Source of the DNA: a virus
Taxonomy: Duplodnaviria; Heunggongvirae; Uroviricota; Caudoviricetes
Strand: one strand, 5' to 3'
DNA length: 64,000 bases
IMG/VR virus record: IMGVR_UViG_2713896798_000008
Part shown: positions 20,863-29,703 of the stretch, one piece after another
Numbering within the stretch: the stretch's first letter is position 1
Layout of the letters: each line of letters begins with the position of its first letter
Translations under genes and position numbers: made by a program
The notes under the pieces: generated by a model
Database searches by the model: none
Seen by the model: the letters and a program-made list of their open reading frames with translations, nothing else
What the model was told of the DNA's origin: nothing

Positions 20863-21541
20863 GATATGGTTCTAAATTAAGCGACTGTTGCCGTGATCGT
20901 ACCCGCATTACTGAAATAAGAGCATCCCTGTCCAGCCCCTCTGCACTACCCCGCATAGCCAACCAGTGAGGCCTGTGTGTTGTTGTCCATGTAGATTTAG
21001 CAACTCCCATCAACACCGCCAACGCCTGATGTTCATAGGTCTCACGCCCGACCAGCTCGCTCTTCACATCCTGTACAGCCAGCCAGATCAACCTCTTCAG
21101 GCGTTCCTGCGTTTTCCCCGCTATTTTTCTGGTACCGGATTGAGCCTTAAACTCACTCCATACCCACTGTGTTATGGTGACCTGATCTTCCCAGCAAACA
21201 TTTCCACTGTAGCACCACAGTAACCACGCCTTCTGATGCTCTTCCAGTTCCAGAACGGCACGCCGCCACGATGATGTTGAAAACTCAACCGGACTGACCA
21301 GAGGAATTGACGTCCCCTTCGCCAGCGATTGCTTTCCCGGGATTGGTGGATTATCCCGCGTTATCATTTTTCCAGTCACTTCATCGCGGTACCGGATTTT
21401 TTTTCGCCTGTAACGCCCTGTATCGAACATGGCATTCTCTTGCCAGGCTTCAAGCTGACCTTTTGTTGCCCCACTCAAATCAGCGGTGGCGATAATGAGC
21501 TGCTCACGCACAAACTGTAAATACTGGTTATTCATGCGCAC
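20852..21541 (-). CDS. Putative late-gene antiterminator Q
   Basis: 229-aa ORF immediately upstream of pR'-tR' and downstream of rusA; call from synteny and recalled family resemblance. Confidence 0.55.
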   Translation of the reverse strand: MRMNNQYLQFVREQLIIATADLSGATKGQLEAWQENAMFDTGRYRRKKIRYRDEVTGKMITRDNPPIPGKQSLAKGTSIPLVSPVEFSTSSWRRAVLELEEHQKAWLLWCYSGNVCWEDQVTITQWVWSEFKAQSGTRKIAGKTQERLKRLIWLAVQDVKSELVGRETYEHQALAVLMGVAKSTWTTTHRPHWLAMRGSAEGLDRDALISVMRVRSRQQSLNLEPYLAK

Positions 21542-21891
21542 TCCAGTTCTGTGATTTTTATCCCCAACCGCCCACCAGGAACGAGTTGACCGCGCACAAT
21601 ATTGATTTCATCAAACTGCTCGTCGTCTATGAGTAGTCCGGCATGCGTCAGCGCATCCAGTGGTGCTTTCAGGATATTGTCCAGGTCACGACGGCGCTTA
21701 TCCGGTGGCTCTGCAATAATCTTTATCGCCAGCCTTCCGGACAGGTTTAATTTCAACCGCTGCTGGCGAACAATAAGCGCCACTGCCCGGCGATAACGCT
21801 CCCCGGCTTTTGATACAAAATATGTGCTGCCACGGCGTCGCCAGTAAGTGTTCACTGTCGGCGGATAAGGTAAAACCAAATCTATGAGCAT
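21532..21891 (-). CDS. rusA: Holliday junction resolvase RusA
   Basis: 119-aa ORF MLIDLVLPYPPTVNTYW...RRRDLDN..., RusA-like. Confidence 0.85.
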   Translation of the reverse strand: MLIDLVLPYPPTVNTYWRRRGSTYFVSKAGERYRRAVALIVRQQRLKLNLSGRLAIKIIAEPPDKRRRDLDNILKAPLDALTHAGLLIDDEQFDEINIVRGQLVPGGRLGIKITELECA

Positions 21892-21903
21892 CAGTCACCT
21901 CTT

Positions 21904-22953
21904 TTACCCGAGCACGCCAGTTGCAAAGGCGTGATCAAGAAAACGAAAAATTAACTCAACCTGGGAGCCGTACTTTTTCTCAAACTCCAGCGGGTCAGCA
22001 TGAAGTTCGTTGTGATGTTCCCGGCACAACGGTAGCGTGAAAATATCGTGGGCCTTTGTTCCCATTCCCCCCTGACCATGACCAATCAGGTGATGCGGAT
22101 CGTCAGCTGGCTTACCACAACACGCACACGGCTGTGTCTTTACCCAGCGCGTGTATTTCTCATTAACCCAACGGCGACGTTTAGGCCGCCTCATGAACGA
22201 TTCAGGAGACTCCGGATCAACAGCGATACTGACAACCGTTTTTTTCTGTGGTGGATTTTGTTGCTGGTGGACGTGAAGTGGCAGCGCAATATTTTTTGTG
22301 CGCTGCTTCAGTATGCTGATGGCTGTCTGTTCTCCCGGTACGATGTCACTCTCACGGTATACGGAGCGGATTTTTTCCGCTGGTAATCCCAGCGAACGAC
22401 GCGCTACTGCCTCAGGCAGTGCATCCACCACCTGATTGCAGGCCGCCCACCAGGATAATTCGGCCAGCGATAACTCCCTCTCCTGCGTACCGCTTATTGC
22501 GTGACGGATGACGTCAATCATCCAGGCAACCAGATTCTGCTGAGCAAGTTGATCGAGTGATTCTGATGTCTGGTCGCGCAGCTGGTTGTCACAGTGCCAG
22601 CACAACACCATCGCGCCGGTACCGTAACGGTGAATGACGGTTTCGCTGTGATGATAATCGCCATGTGGCCACTGGCAGGATTTCACTTGACGTAATAACC
22701 AGTCAGACAGTGCACCAGCGCCACCCGCAGCACAAATCACCCGTTCGTTGCTGAAAAATGGCAGTAATGTTTTATCCTCTGCCAGCGGCTGTCGAACGGC
22801 AGGAACGACTCCGGACGGCAGACCGCGCATGTTTTTCGGTTCCGGCTCCACCAATATTCTGCCGTTATGGAATGCTGACATTGATTCACGGCCCGGCTTT
22901 AGGAGCACCATCCCGAGTTCCGGTACCAGAACAGGTCGAAGTAATACCCGCAC
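21904..22953 (-). CDS. DUF968-family protein with C-terminal HNH-like Cys/His motif (YdfU-like)
   Basis: 349-aa ORF; C-terminus CACCGKPADDPHHLIGHG...CREHHNELH; paralog at 47055-48143. Confidence 0.7.
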   Translation of the reverse strand: MRVLLRPVLVPELGMVLLKPGRESMSAFHNGRILVEPEPKNMRGLPSGVVPAVRQPLAEDKTLLPFFSNERVICAAGGAGALSDWLLRQVKSCQWPHGDYHHSETVIHRYGTGAMVLCWHCDNQLRDQTSESLDQLAQQNLVAWMIDVIRHAISGTQERELSLAELSWWAACNQVVDALPEAVARRSLGLPAEKIRSVYRESDIVPGEQTAISILKQRTKNIALPLHVHQQQNPPQKKTVVSIAVDPESPESFMRRPKRRRWVNEKYTRWVKTQPCACCGKPADDPHHLIGHGQGGMGTKAHDIFTLPLCREHHNELHADPLEFEKKYGSQVELIFRFLDHAFATGVLG

Positions 22954-22954
22954 G

Positions 22955-23233
22955 TTACCTCCAGATGCGCTGCTGGAATGTGCGGGACGGACGCGGTGGG
23001 CGTTCGGAATAAGGGAGCCTGACGGAGATTATCCAGTGACGACGATCGAAGCTGAGATCTTTCTGAAACTCGTAACCACGTCTGCGGTAGCACTGAATCA
23101 GCCATTCGGCCTGTTCTTCAGTGCATGGGTCATGCCGGAACCAGTCAGATTTGAATGCATGAGAACGCCGCCCGTGCCTGCTGGCAGGGGCGGCAGAGTT
23201 ATCCGAATTGTAAAATCTGGTATCGTGCGCCAT
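22955..23233 (-). CDS. Conserved small prophage protein (paralog at 48106-48384)
   Basis: Start taken at Met aligning with B copy (MAHDTRFYNSDNS...); shared C-terminus HWIISVRLPYSERPP. Confidence 0.5.
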   Translation of the reverse strand: MAHDTRFYNSDNSAAPASRHGRRSHAFKSDWFRHDPCTEEQAEWLIQCYRRRGYEFQKDLSFDRRHWIISVRLPYSERPPRPSRTFQQRIWR

Positions 23234-23348
23234 CAGTTTTCTCTGCTGACGCAGCAGGTGCCAGTTGTTCAGGCTGGCGTGCGAATTGTAAACCAGAATG
23301 CAAGGAAAAAACAAAACCCGCCGAAGCGGGTTTTCATTGGAAGCACCT

Positions 23349-23834
23349 TTAGTTTTGCTGTTCTATTTTAAGCTTGATAGTTTCATACAAAACAATAGTT
23401 GCGCCTGTTTTACATAATTCCCGGCTGTCATATGCACGAGACCAATAACACAACCAGTTCTCGAGATCTTCTCGAGTATAGGTTTTGCAGGCCAGTCCCT
23501 CTGCCATTTCCACGATTTCATCGCCTGGTGCTGTTAACTCATAGCCATTCAACAACAAGAAGACGTAACCAGCCATCATAGCTGTTCGTTTGTTCGCATT
23601 CGCAAACGGATGATTCTGAATCAGACTTTCAATCAATACCGATGCCAGTACAAACATGTCATTGATCTGTTTATACCATCGAACCATGCTGGGACGGGCC
23701 TGAGAAGAACTTAAGTTATCTGGACTCAGAACACCAACGGGTTCATCTGGCGTCTGTAATTCAATTAGGGAACGATTGATTTCAACAAGATCATCAACCG
23801 TAAGGTAATGCACTCCTTCAACAATCTCAGCCAT
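23349..23834 (-). CDS. Doc/Fic-family toxin-like protein
   Basis: HPFANANKRTA matches the Doc-type Fic motif HxFx(D/N)(A/G)NKR; C-terminal extension; start probably MAEIVEGVHYL. Confidence 0.7.
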   Translation of the reverse strand: MAEIVEGVHYLTVDDLVEINRSLIELQTPDEPVGVLSPDNLSSSQARPSMVRWYKQINDMFVLASVLIESLIQNHPFANANKRTAMMAGYVFLLLNGYELTAPGDEIVEMAEGLACKTYTREDLENWLCYWSRAYDSRELCKTGATIVLYETIKLKIEQQN

Positions 23835-23852
23835 AGAGCACAATACCCATCA

Positions 23853-24032
23853 TTACACTTTTGAAAGTTCTTCCATTGCCTTCTCGTAACGAGAAAAACC
23901 GAAATCGAAAGCATTTTTCACCTGCTCACGATGAGTGCAGTTTTCATCAATCGCCGGGCGAGGGGCTGCCACAACTCGTTTGTCGCGAGGCGGAATATTT
24001 AGCCGTGTGTGTTTCTTGAGTGCGTAGCTCAT
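23853..24032 (-). CDS. Small protein upstream of Doc-like gene (candidate antitoxin)
   Basis: 59-aa ORF from Met with AAGGGAAA SD; stop 10 bp before Doc-like ORF; palindrome TTAGATTAGTCTAA at 24106-24119 upstream. Confidence 0.4.
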   Translation of the reverse strand: MSYALKKHTRLNIPPRDKRVVAAPRPAIDENCTHREQVKNAFDFGFSRYEKAMEELSKV

Positions 24033-24240
24033 CTTGTCGTTTCCCTTGAAGTTCTTTTGGCAAGGCCAACGCACCAACCTGGCGCGTAATTAATGGTGTA
24101 GTACTAAGGTTAGATTAGTCTAATGCGGATAAAAATTTTTAGCTACCAAAACGACACTTTTGGTTCCTCCACCCCAATGTTAAAATAAGCCATCCGCCCC
24201 GCTCTCTTACTGGCGGATTCGTAAGCTATATAAATCAAAG

Positions 24241-24278
24241 ATCCCGGCTCATGTTTGTGTCGGGATCTTTTTTTTACG
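24241..24278 (+). terminator. Intrinsic terminator on plus strand (hairpin plus T8)
   Basis: GATCCCGGC..GTCGGGATC stem followed by TTTTTTTT; flanking genes are minus strand. Confidence 0.45.
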
Positions 24279-24283
24279 GTGAT

Positions 24284-24367
24284 TTATCCCCAGCGGCAAA
24301 TCGAATACACCACCAGCGCCACCGCCATCGCAATTCCTGCCGTTGTGAATGCTTCAGGCCTGGTCAT
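24284..24367 (-). CDS. 27-aa hydrophobic peptide, translationally coupled to upstream nin gene
   Basis: [31 protein letters not shown] start/stop overlap with preceding ORF. Confidence 0.3.
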   Translation of the reverse strand: MTRPEAFTTAGIAMAVALVVYSICRWG

Positions 24368-24708
24368 CGTAAAACATCCTCCACGCTTGTCAGTCCGTTT
24401 CGCTCCAGGTAGTCCATCGCCTTATCCGGCAGTTTGCAGTCCGGCTTCGCTTTCCTCAGTTGCCAGGCTAACTGCTTTACCTGCATAGTTAACTCGTCGA
24501 CCAGACGCTGATACCCCACTGGTTTGTATTCATGCAATTTACCGACTGGCTCTGCTGCCAGCGATGCCAGTGCGATTTCCAGAACAGCAATATCCATCTT
24601 ATATGTGCGGATGATGTCATGGTCGATTGTGCTCGGTATGCACAGTCTCTGTGCTTCAATGGTCTCCTCTGCGTGAGCTATTAACTGCTCTCTGGTAAAA
24701 GTAGTCAT
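24364..24708 (-). CDS. Hypothetical nin-region protein
   Basis: 114-aa ORF with GAGGA SD; degenerate copy of this region at 58750-58860. Confidence 0.5.
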   Translation of the reverse strand: MTTFTREQLIAHAEETIEAQRLCIPSTIDHDIIRTYKMDIAVLEIALASLAAEPVGKLHEYKPVGYQRLVDELTMQVKQLAWQLRKAKPDCKLPDKAMDYLERNGLTSVEDVLR

Positions 24709-24711
24709 GTG

Positions 24712-24999
24712 TTAGTCCTCATCCACTTCAACGCCATCTTTCAGCGTGATGCCGTGCCAATCATCAGCCCAACTGGTTAACCCTGGCGCATCAATGCTAG
24801 GCATATAGACTCTTGCAGTGTGGTAGCCCTTATCGTTATCAATGCTGGCAACGTGCTCGCCGTTGTATGCGCTCAGCGTGTCCAGGACGCTATAAAACTT
24901 TCCTCCGGCTGCCCTGAAATCCTTTACAGCCTTCACAAGGCGCTTCCACGCTTTTTCCTGTTCTGGCGTCAGGCCGATTAATTCCTGCAAAGTAGCCAT
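24712..24999 (-). CDS. Hypothetical nin-region protein
   Basis: Start at MATLQELIGL with AAGGAG SD; overlaps stop of upstream gene. Confidence 0.5.
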   Translation of the reverse strand: MATLQELIGLTPEQEKAWKRLVKAVKDFRAAGGKFYSVLDTLSAYNGEHVASIDNDKGYHTARVYMPSIDAPGLTSWADDWHGITLKDGVEVDED

Positions 25000-25001
25000 G
25001 T

Positions 25002-25361
25002 TCACTCTCCTTTGATGCCAATGTTTACAGCCTGGCAGGCCTCTTTGAGCACCCAATCAACGGCATCTTTCCACGCTCCGGTTTCGACTGGCGGATTTTC
25101 ACGCTTAACCTGTTCATAGAAGCGCACTGCTTTAATCAATCCTTCTGGTGTCAGTGGCACAGCCTGGGTCGTAAATAACTCCTGAATTTCATAGTTCGGT
25201 CTGTCGTTGCAATCCTCTTTTGTCGGTACATATTTCCAGTCACCAACCCTCTGCTTCCCCTGAAAGTCTGTAACGTCTTTTTTCACGTAGCGATATCGCC
25301 ATGCCACTGGTTTTGCCTGCCCTGCCGTTTCATGCCCTTCCTGATAATTAATCTCGCTCAT
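25002..25361 (-). CDS. Hypothetical nin-region protein
   Basis: 119-aa ORF in operon context. Confidence 0.5.
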   Translation of the reverse strand: MSEINYQEGHETAGQAKPVAWRYRYVKKDVTDFQGKQRVGDWKYVPTKEDCNDRPNYEIQELFTTQAVPLTPEGLIKAVRFYEQVKRENPPVETGAWKDAVDWVLKEACQAVNIGIKGE

Positions 25362-25534
25362 TCATCGCCCCACTCATCACAATATGCTTCGACCGGAGTT
25401 TTTCCTGCTTCATAGTCATCACGCCATGCTTCAGCATCGGCGGCACTTCCACCGCGTAACTCTGCATAGTCCATTAACAGTTCATGCCATTCTTCAAAAC
25501 TGGCGTTATATTTAGTTGAACCAAAATCAGCCAT
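25358..25534 (-). CDS. Small acidic hypothetical protein (58 aa)
   Basis: MADFGSTKYN...CDEWGDE; ATGA overlap with downstream gene start. Confidence 0.4.
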   Translation of the reverse strand: MADFGSTKYNASFEEWHELLMDYAELRGGSAADAEAWRDDYEAGKTPVEAYCDEWGDE

Positions 25535-25709
25535 TTTGTTCTTCCTCTTCGTCTTTTATTTCGTGATATGAGTAATTGCAGTGGTTAAAGAAAATTTCTT
25601 TTGCTTCGTCATGAATTTCATCAGGTGTTGCGTCATCGTCCACTTCGAATACATCCTCAAAATCTCCACCGGCTATTCCCGTTTCAATAATTATTTTGAA
25701 CTTTCGCAT
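25527..25709 (-). CDS. Small acidic hypothetical protein
   Basis: 60-aa ORF; truncated pseudogene copy present at 59360-59530. Confidence 0.5.
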   Translation of the reverse strand: MRKFKIIIETGIAGGDFEDVFEVDDDATPDEIHDEAKEIFFNHCNYSYHEIKDEEEEQNG

Positions 25710-25856
25710 TTCACTACCGCCCTGCCGGGCGGTCTCCTGATGTTCTGAGGGTGCAGGAATCCCTCCGGTTAAGGATTAAATTTTATTTACAGTGCTGATT
25801 TTAATTATTCAGTTCTGGATTATGCTTTCTCTTTCAACTGCCGTAGTTCCTGGTAA

Positions 25857-26162
25857 TTAATTTCGCTCACTGGTTGCCTCCTGGAAAATAACCGCATGTC
25901 CCAGTTTCTCCGCCAGTGCCAGTTCTGCCTTAGCGCCTGCCGACCGCTGCCAGCCTTTCAGCATATAAACCGCATCCACACAACGAATCATTGCCATGCA
26001 AATATCCATGTAATGTGGCTGAGTCAGCCCGTCCGGAAGTACTGCCGGGTTTAAAACGGTATGCCCTTCCCGTTTCAGCACCTCTTCCGCTTTGTGAAAT
26101 GCCTCGCGGTTAAAATTTTCATATCCCGTCATCGGACCGGCGATATAAACCCTCACCCTCAC
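25857..26162 (-). CDS. DUF4406-like protein (nucleoside 2-deoxyribosyltransferase-like fold)
   Basis: 101-aa ORF MRVRVYIAGPMTGYENFNREAF..., recalled as DUF4406 signature. Confidence 0.5.
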   Translation of the reverse strand: MRVRVYIAGPMTGYENFNREAFHKAEEVLKREGHTVLNPAVLPDGLTQPHYMDICMAMIRCVDAVYMLKGWQRSAGAKAELALAEKLGHAVIFQEATSERN

Positions 26163-26413
26163 TCCTGAACCCTCCTGTCGAAATAAACGTAGTTATTCAC
26201 TGCGCCCAACTTCATCCCAAACTTTTCGGCAATTTCCCGTCGGGGTACACCACGCTGATGCAGTTGCCGCGCCAGCTCAATATCACGCTGTGAACATTTG
26301 GCTGACTGGTGATAATCACCCCGTAACATCATGCTGATACCCAGTTCCCGCGCTTTCGTCCTGACGGCTGACTCACTACGGCCAATCAGATAACCGATGC
26401 TTTCGACTTTCAT
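26159..26413 (-). CDS. Small HTH-like protein
   Basis: Start at internal Met MKVESIGYL... to avoid overlap; HTH-like RREIAEKFGMKLGAVNNYV. Confidence 0.4.
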   Translation of the reverse strand: MKVESIGYLIGRSESAVRTKARELGISMMLRGDYHQSAKCSQRDIELARQLHQRGVPRREIAEKFGMKLGAVNNYVYFDRRVQE

Positions 26414-26472
26414 CGTTCCCGCACACTGCCGGAGTATCAGGATTTCAGCCCAGCGCCACTTCTTCCAGCCAC

Positions 26473-27207
26473 TCACCGCTGCTGCTCTCTGGTGGCGGTA
26501 ATATCCCGGAGAATATCCCTGTGTTTGTTCAGTTCCCGTAGCGCAGCACAGACTCGCTCCCACTTCTGAACATCACTTTTCGCCCGGCGCAGCTCGCGGT
26601 TAGCCACATGCAGCGATGGTAGAATCAGGTCATCTGCTTTCGTTTCGGTGACCGATGGCTGTAACTTCACAATGTCTTCCTCGATTTCTGTTTTCATTTC
26701 TTCCTGTGTCGTCGTTTCCTGGACTGGTAACGCAACTCCTGCTGACTGAGGAAAGGCTTTACCATCCGTTTCCGCTGCGGATGCAGCTTCCGGCTCTGCT
26801 GGTAAATTATCGCCCGGCATGCAGTAACGAAATTTACCGCCCTGATTCACGCGAATCAGACGCCCTTTGCTGATTGCCATCGCCAGCGATGAATTCGCCC
26901 GGCGGGAGGTAATTCCGAACATCAGTGCCAGTTCATCCGCCGTTTGTGAGCCATGTTGTTCAATCGCCTCTGTCAGCATTTGCGCTGTCACTTTCGGTAC
27001 CGGTGACACTGGTTCACTTTCACCAGCCTGAATCAGCCACCACATCGAACCCTTGTTATCCGCTTCACCGCGGCGCTTCAGTTTCCACAGTTCGTTGACC
27101 GCCTCTTCACGGCTGATTCCAAGGCGCGATGCCACTACCTGTGAAGAGGCTTTTTTCAGTGCTTTCAGTGCGTCAAATACGGTTTCCATTAAAACGTCCT
27201 CCGACAA
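26473..27207 (-). CDS. Hypothetical protein following replication genes
   Basis: 244-aa ORF, acidic central linker, possible winged-helix modules. Confidence 0.5.
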   Translation of the reverse strand: MSEDVLMETVFDALKALKKASSQVVASRLGISREEAVNELWKLKRRGEADNKGSMWWLIQAGESEPVSPVPKVTAQMLTEAIEQHGSQTADELALMFGITSRRANSSLAMAISKGRLIRVNQGGKFRYCMPGDNLPAEPEAASAAETDGKAFPQSAGVALPVQETTTQEEMKTEIEEDIVKLQPSVTETKADDLILPSLHVANRELRRAKSDVQKWERVCAALRELNKHRDILRDITATREQQR

Positions 27208-27210
27208 AAA

Positions 27211-27957
27211 TTACTTCACAACCCTCTGATTGCTGACATTTGGACGCCAGCTATCCCAGTTAAACGTCACCCATCGACCACCGTTCATGGTCATGCGGTC
27301 CATAATCCTCTCACCGAGAAGCGTACTCATTGCGGCATGATTCAGGTTTGTTAACATCCCGACACTGCACAGTGATGCTGTCCGGCGATCAATTATCTGG
27401 TGCAATACCACCTGCTCGTTTTTCGTCTCACGCTGAACGCCTATTTCATCCAGGACCAGCAAATCAACCCCGCAAAGCTCCTGTAAAAATTTTTCCCCGG
27501 ACTGGCCGTTGTCGTAGCTGTCATGCAACACACTCATGACGTCAGACACGGTGACGATAATCACGCTGCTCCCCTTCGCCATCAGCCGGTTGCCCATCGC
27601 CGCTGCAAGGTGATTTTTCCCGGTGCCGGTTTTACCGCTGAACACAAAATTCGTGCACCCGGTCATCAGTTCGTCAGCGATGGATTTTGCCTGGCTCAGC
27701 GCGTGTTTTTGCCCGTCGTTCTGCACCTGATAATTCGCAAACGAGCATTTGCTGTGCAGAGGCTGGATGCCCGAACGATTCAGGATTTTTTCCACCCGCA
27801 ACTGGCGATTCTGGCGGTTAATCTCCTCGCTGCGTTTTCGTCCTTCAGCAAGCTGCCATTCCCGCCACTCCTCCACCGTCCGGTACGGTGGAACCGCCCC
27901 CTGTGGTGCAAGTCTGCGAATACGTTCAAGAACCCCGGCTGCCGCAATGTTTTTCAT
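27211..27957 (-). CDS. DnaC-like replication helicase loader (IstB-like ATPase)
   Basis: Walker A GKTGTGKNHLA and Walker B LLVLDEIG. Confidence 0.85.
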   Translation of the reverse strand: MKNIAAAGVLERIRRLAPQGAVPPYRTVEEWREWQLAEGRKRSEEINRQNRQLRVEKILNRSGIQPLHSKCSFANYQVQNDGQKHALSQAKSIADELMTGCTNFVFSGKTGTGKNHLAAAMGNRLMAKGSSVIIVTVSDVMSVLHDSYDNGQSGEKFLQELCGVDLLVLDEIGVQRETKNEQVVLHQIIDRRTASLCSVGMLTNLNHAAMSTLLGERIMDRMTMNGGRWVTFNWDSWRPNVSNQRVVK

Positions 27958-27963
27958 GCCACG

Positions 27964-28947
27964 TCACCCCCTGAATCCAGGCGGTATTTCAGTGTCCGGT
28001 TCAGAAATGTGATTCACGCAACGATGCTCGGGCGAACGCCCCAGGCGGATAACCAGTTCATCCCATTTTTCCCGGAGTTTTGCCGGACTCATGATGTTTT
28101 TTACCCAGAACGAATCCCGCTGGACACGCCCAAACATTTCACAAATCTGCCGGTGACTACGTCCATCCAGCATACGCATCATGCGCACATCATTCGCCCA
28201 GGTCGTCCAGTTAGGTTCTCGGGGGCGTGACACCTCACCATCATCACTGGCGGCCTGTTCATACAACGCCACAACCCGTCCCCAAATCCACTGCGCACAG
28301 GCGACATCCTCACGGGTACCCCACTGTCGCTTCGGTACATTCCAGGTATGCGCATCCGGGTGTTTCTCCAGAAATCGCTCAACTGGTGATGATTGTTTTT
28401 CGTCCGGCAGTGAAAGGTCCGGACAAGAAGATCTTTTATCTGACGGATCAGGTTTTAATACTGACGGATCGGGGTCAATCATCGCCCCCCTAATCGGCAG
28501 TTTTTTATCAACCGTTGATCCATCAAAATTTGACGGGTCAACCGTTGAGGGGTCAATATTTGACGGGTCAACTATTAACGGGTCATTTTTTGCCGGGCTA
28601 ATTTTTCTTTTCGGTTTATATGACTCACGCGCCGCCGCCGCAGCTGCTTCGAGTTTTTCCACATTAAGCCGATAGATATTGCTTACATTACGCCCACCGA
28701 CCTTACGCTCTTCCTTCGTCAGCCAGCCCTCTTTCGCCAGTTCTGCAATAGCCGATTTCACGGTGGATTCACTTCTTGCACCGATCTGACGCCGGATAGT
28801 TTCAATAGCAGGCCATGACACGCCCTCGTCATTGCTGTAGTCTGCAAGACGGGCCATCACTGCCACCCGGGATAAGATCATGCCGGTGAAGGCGCATCCT
28901 TCCCAGACAAGACCATGAAGCTTGCTGCTCATAAAACCCCCGAACAC
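27964..28947 (-). CDS. Replication initiation protein (lambda O-like) containing ori iterons
   Basis: 327-aa ORF with N-terminal HTH and internal DPSNIDPSTVDPSNFDGSTVD repeats encoded by DNA iterons. Confidence 0.75.
   Translation of the reverse strand: MFGGFMSSKLHGLVWEGCAFTGMILSRVAVMARLADYSNDEGVSWPAIETIRRQIGARSESTVKSAIAELAKEGWLTKEERKVGGRNVSNIYRLNVEKLEAAAAAARESYKPKRKISPAKNDPLIVDPSNIDPSTVDPSNFDGSTVDKKLPIRGAMIDPDPSVLKPDPSDKRSSCPDLSLPDEKQSSPVERFLEKHPDAHTWNVPKRQWGTREDVACAQWIWGRVVALYEQAASDDGEVSRPREPNWTTWANDVRMMRMLDGRSHRQICEMFGRVQRDSFWVKNIMSPAKLREKWDELVIRLGRSPEHRCVNHISEPDTEIPPGFRG
28441..28625. repeat. Replication origin: iterons (TGACGGGTCAAC-like) followed by AT-rich tract
   Basis: At least five related direct repeats at 28441-28600 then ATTTTTCTTTTCGGTTTATA, inside O-like gene as in lambda ori. 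Confidence 0.6.
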
Positions 28948-28954
28948 CGTGCAG

Positions 28955-29380
28955 TTAGTGCATCACCACGGCATTTCCTGCCGGGCCGCCGCGATTCATC
29001 TGGTCATACAAAACAACCGCTGACGCAACAAAATCGTCGACATCTTTCACCAGCCGATCCCGCCGTTCGACGATCTCACGGTAATACTCAGAACTGTGGC
29101 TGCGCATACGGGCCACCAGCAAAGGCGGCATCGCCTTTTCGATCGCTGGTAACAGAGCCTGAATTTTTTCAACAGCATCAGGGGTGTCTTTATCCAGCCA
29201 ACGGAAAATTTTCTGGGTATTACGGGCCAGGGCTTCCGGATGACTGTCGTCGTACAGTTCCGGGAACGTCATCCCCAGCTCGAAATACGCTTTGGTAATT
29301 TTCGCAGCCGGTACTTTTTCGCCGTCCGGATGCGCCCAGGCATTCATCGCCATGCGGATGTGTTCATGCTTGATTTTCAT
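28955..29380 (-). CDS. YdaT-like/CII-like early regulator
   Basis: 141-aa ORF MKIKHEHI..., Rac YdaT-like; position after cro-like gene. Confidence 0.6.
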   Translation of the reverse strand: MKIKHEHIRMAMNAWAHPDGEKVPAAKITKAYFELGMTFPELYDDSHPEALARNTQKIFRWLDKDTPDAVEKIQALLPAIEKAMPPLLVARMRSHSSEYYREIVERRDRLVKDVDDFVASAVVLYDQMNRGGPAGNAVVMH

Positions 29381-29604
29381 GAATCATTTTTCCTTTCGTT
29401 CGAGGTGTTATCCTTCTTTTTGTAAAGTTCTGGGTTCAACGATAATTTTCCCTTGGAGTATGCAACTGCTTCAGCAGCCCTCCCCTTGGGAACTATTTCG
29501 CCGGGACGCTTACGCCACATGTATATAGCTTCTCGGGTTACCCCATAAAAATCAGCGACTCTTTGGACAGAACCAAAAAACTGGACAAGTTCATCAACTC
29601 GCAT
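29377..29604 (-). CDS. Cro-like HTH regulator (YdaS-like)
   Basis: 75-aa ORF divergent from cI with AAGGAGG SD. Confidence 0.65.
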   Translation of the reverse strand: MRVDELVQFFGSVQRVADFYGVTREAIYMWRKRPGEIVPKGRAAEAVAYSKGKLSLNPELYKKKDNTSNERKNDS

Positions 29605-29632
29605 TTCGCCCTCCTTAAAACTAAGTATTTTT

Positions 29633-29660
29633 AGATTAAAGGGTAATTTTTTTTAGGTCA
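29633..29660 (-). promoter_or_regulatory. pR-like promoter (TTGACC-17-TAATCT) with operator palindrome CTAAGTATTTTTAG
   Basis: Hexamers read on minus strand in the cI-cro intergenic region; palindrome at 29621-29634. Confidence 0.45.
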
Positions 29661-29703
29661 ATACAATCTAAAATAATTTATATTCAATTCGCGGGAGAAA
29701 ATA

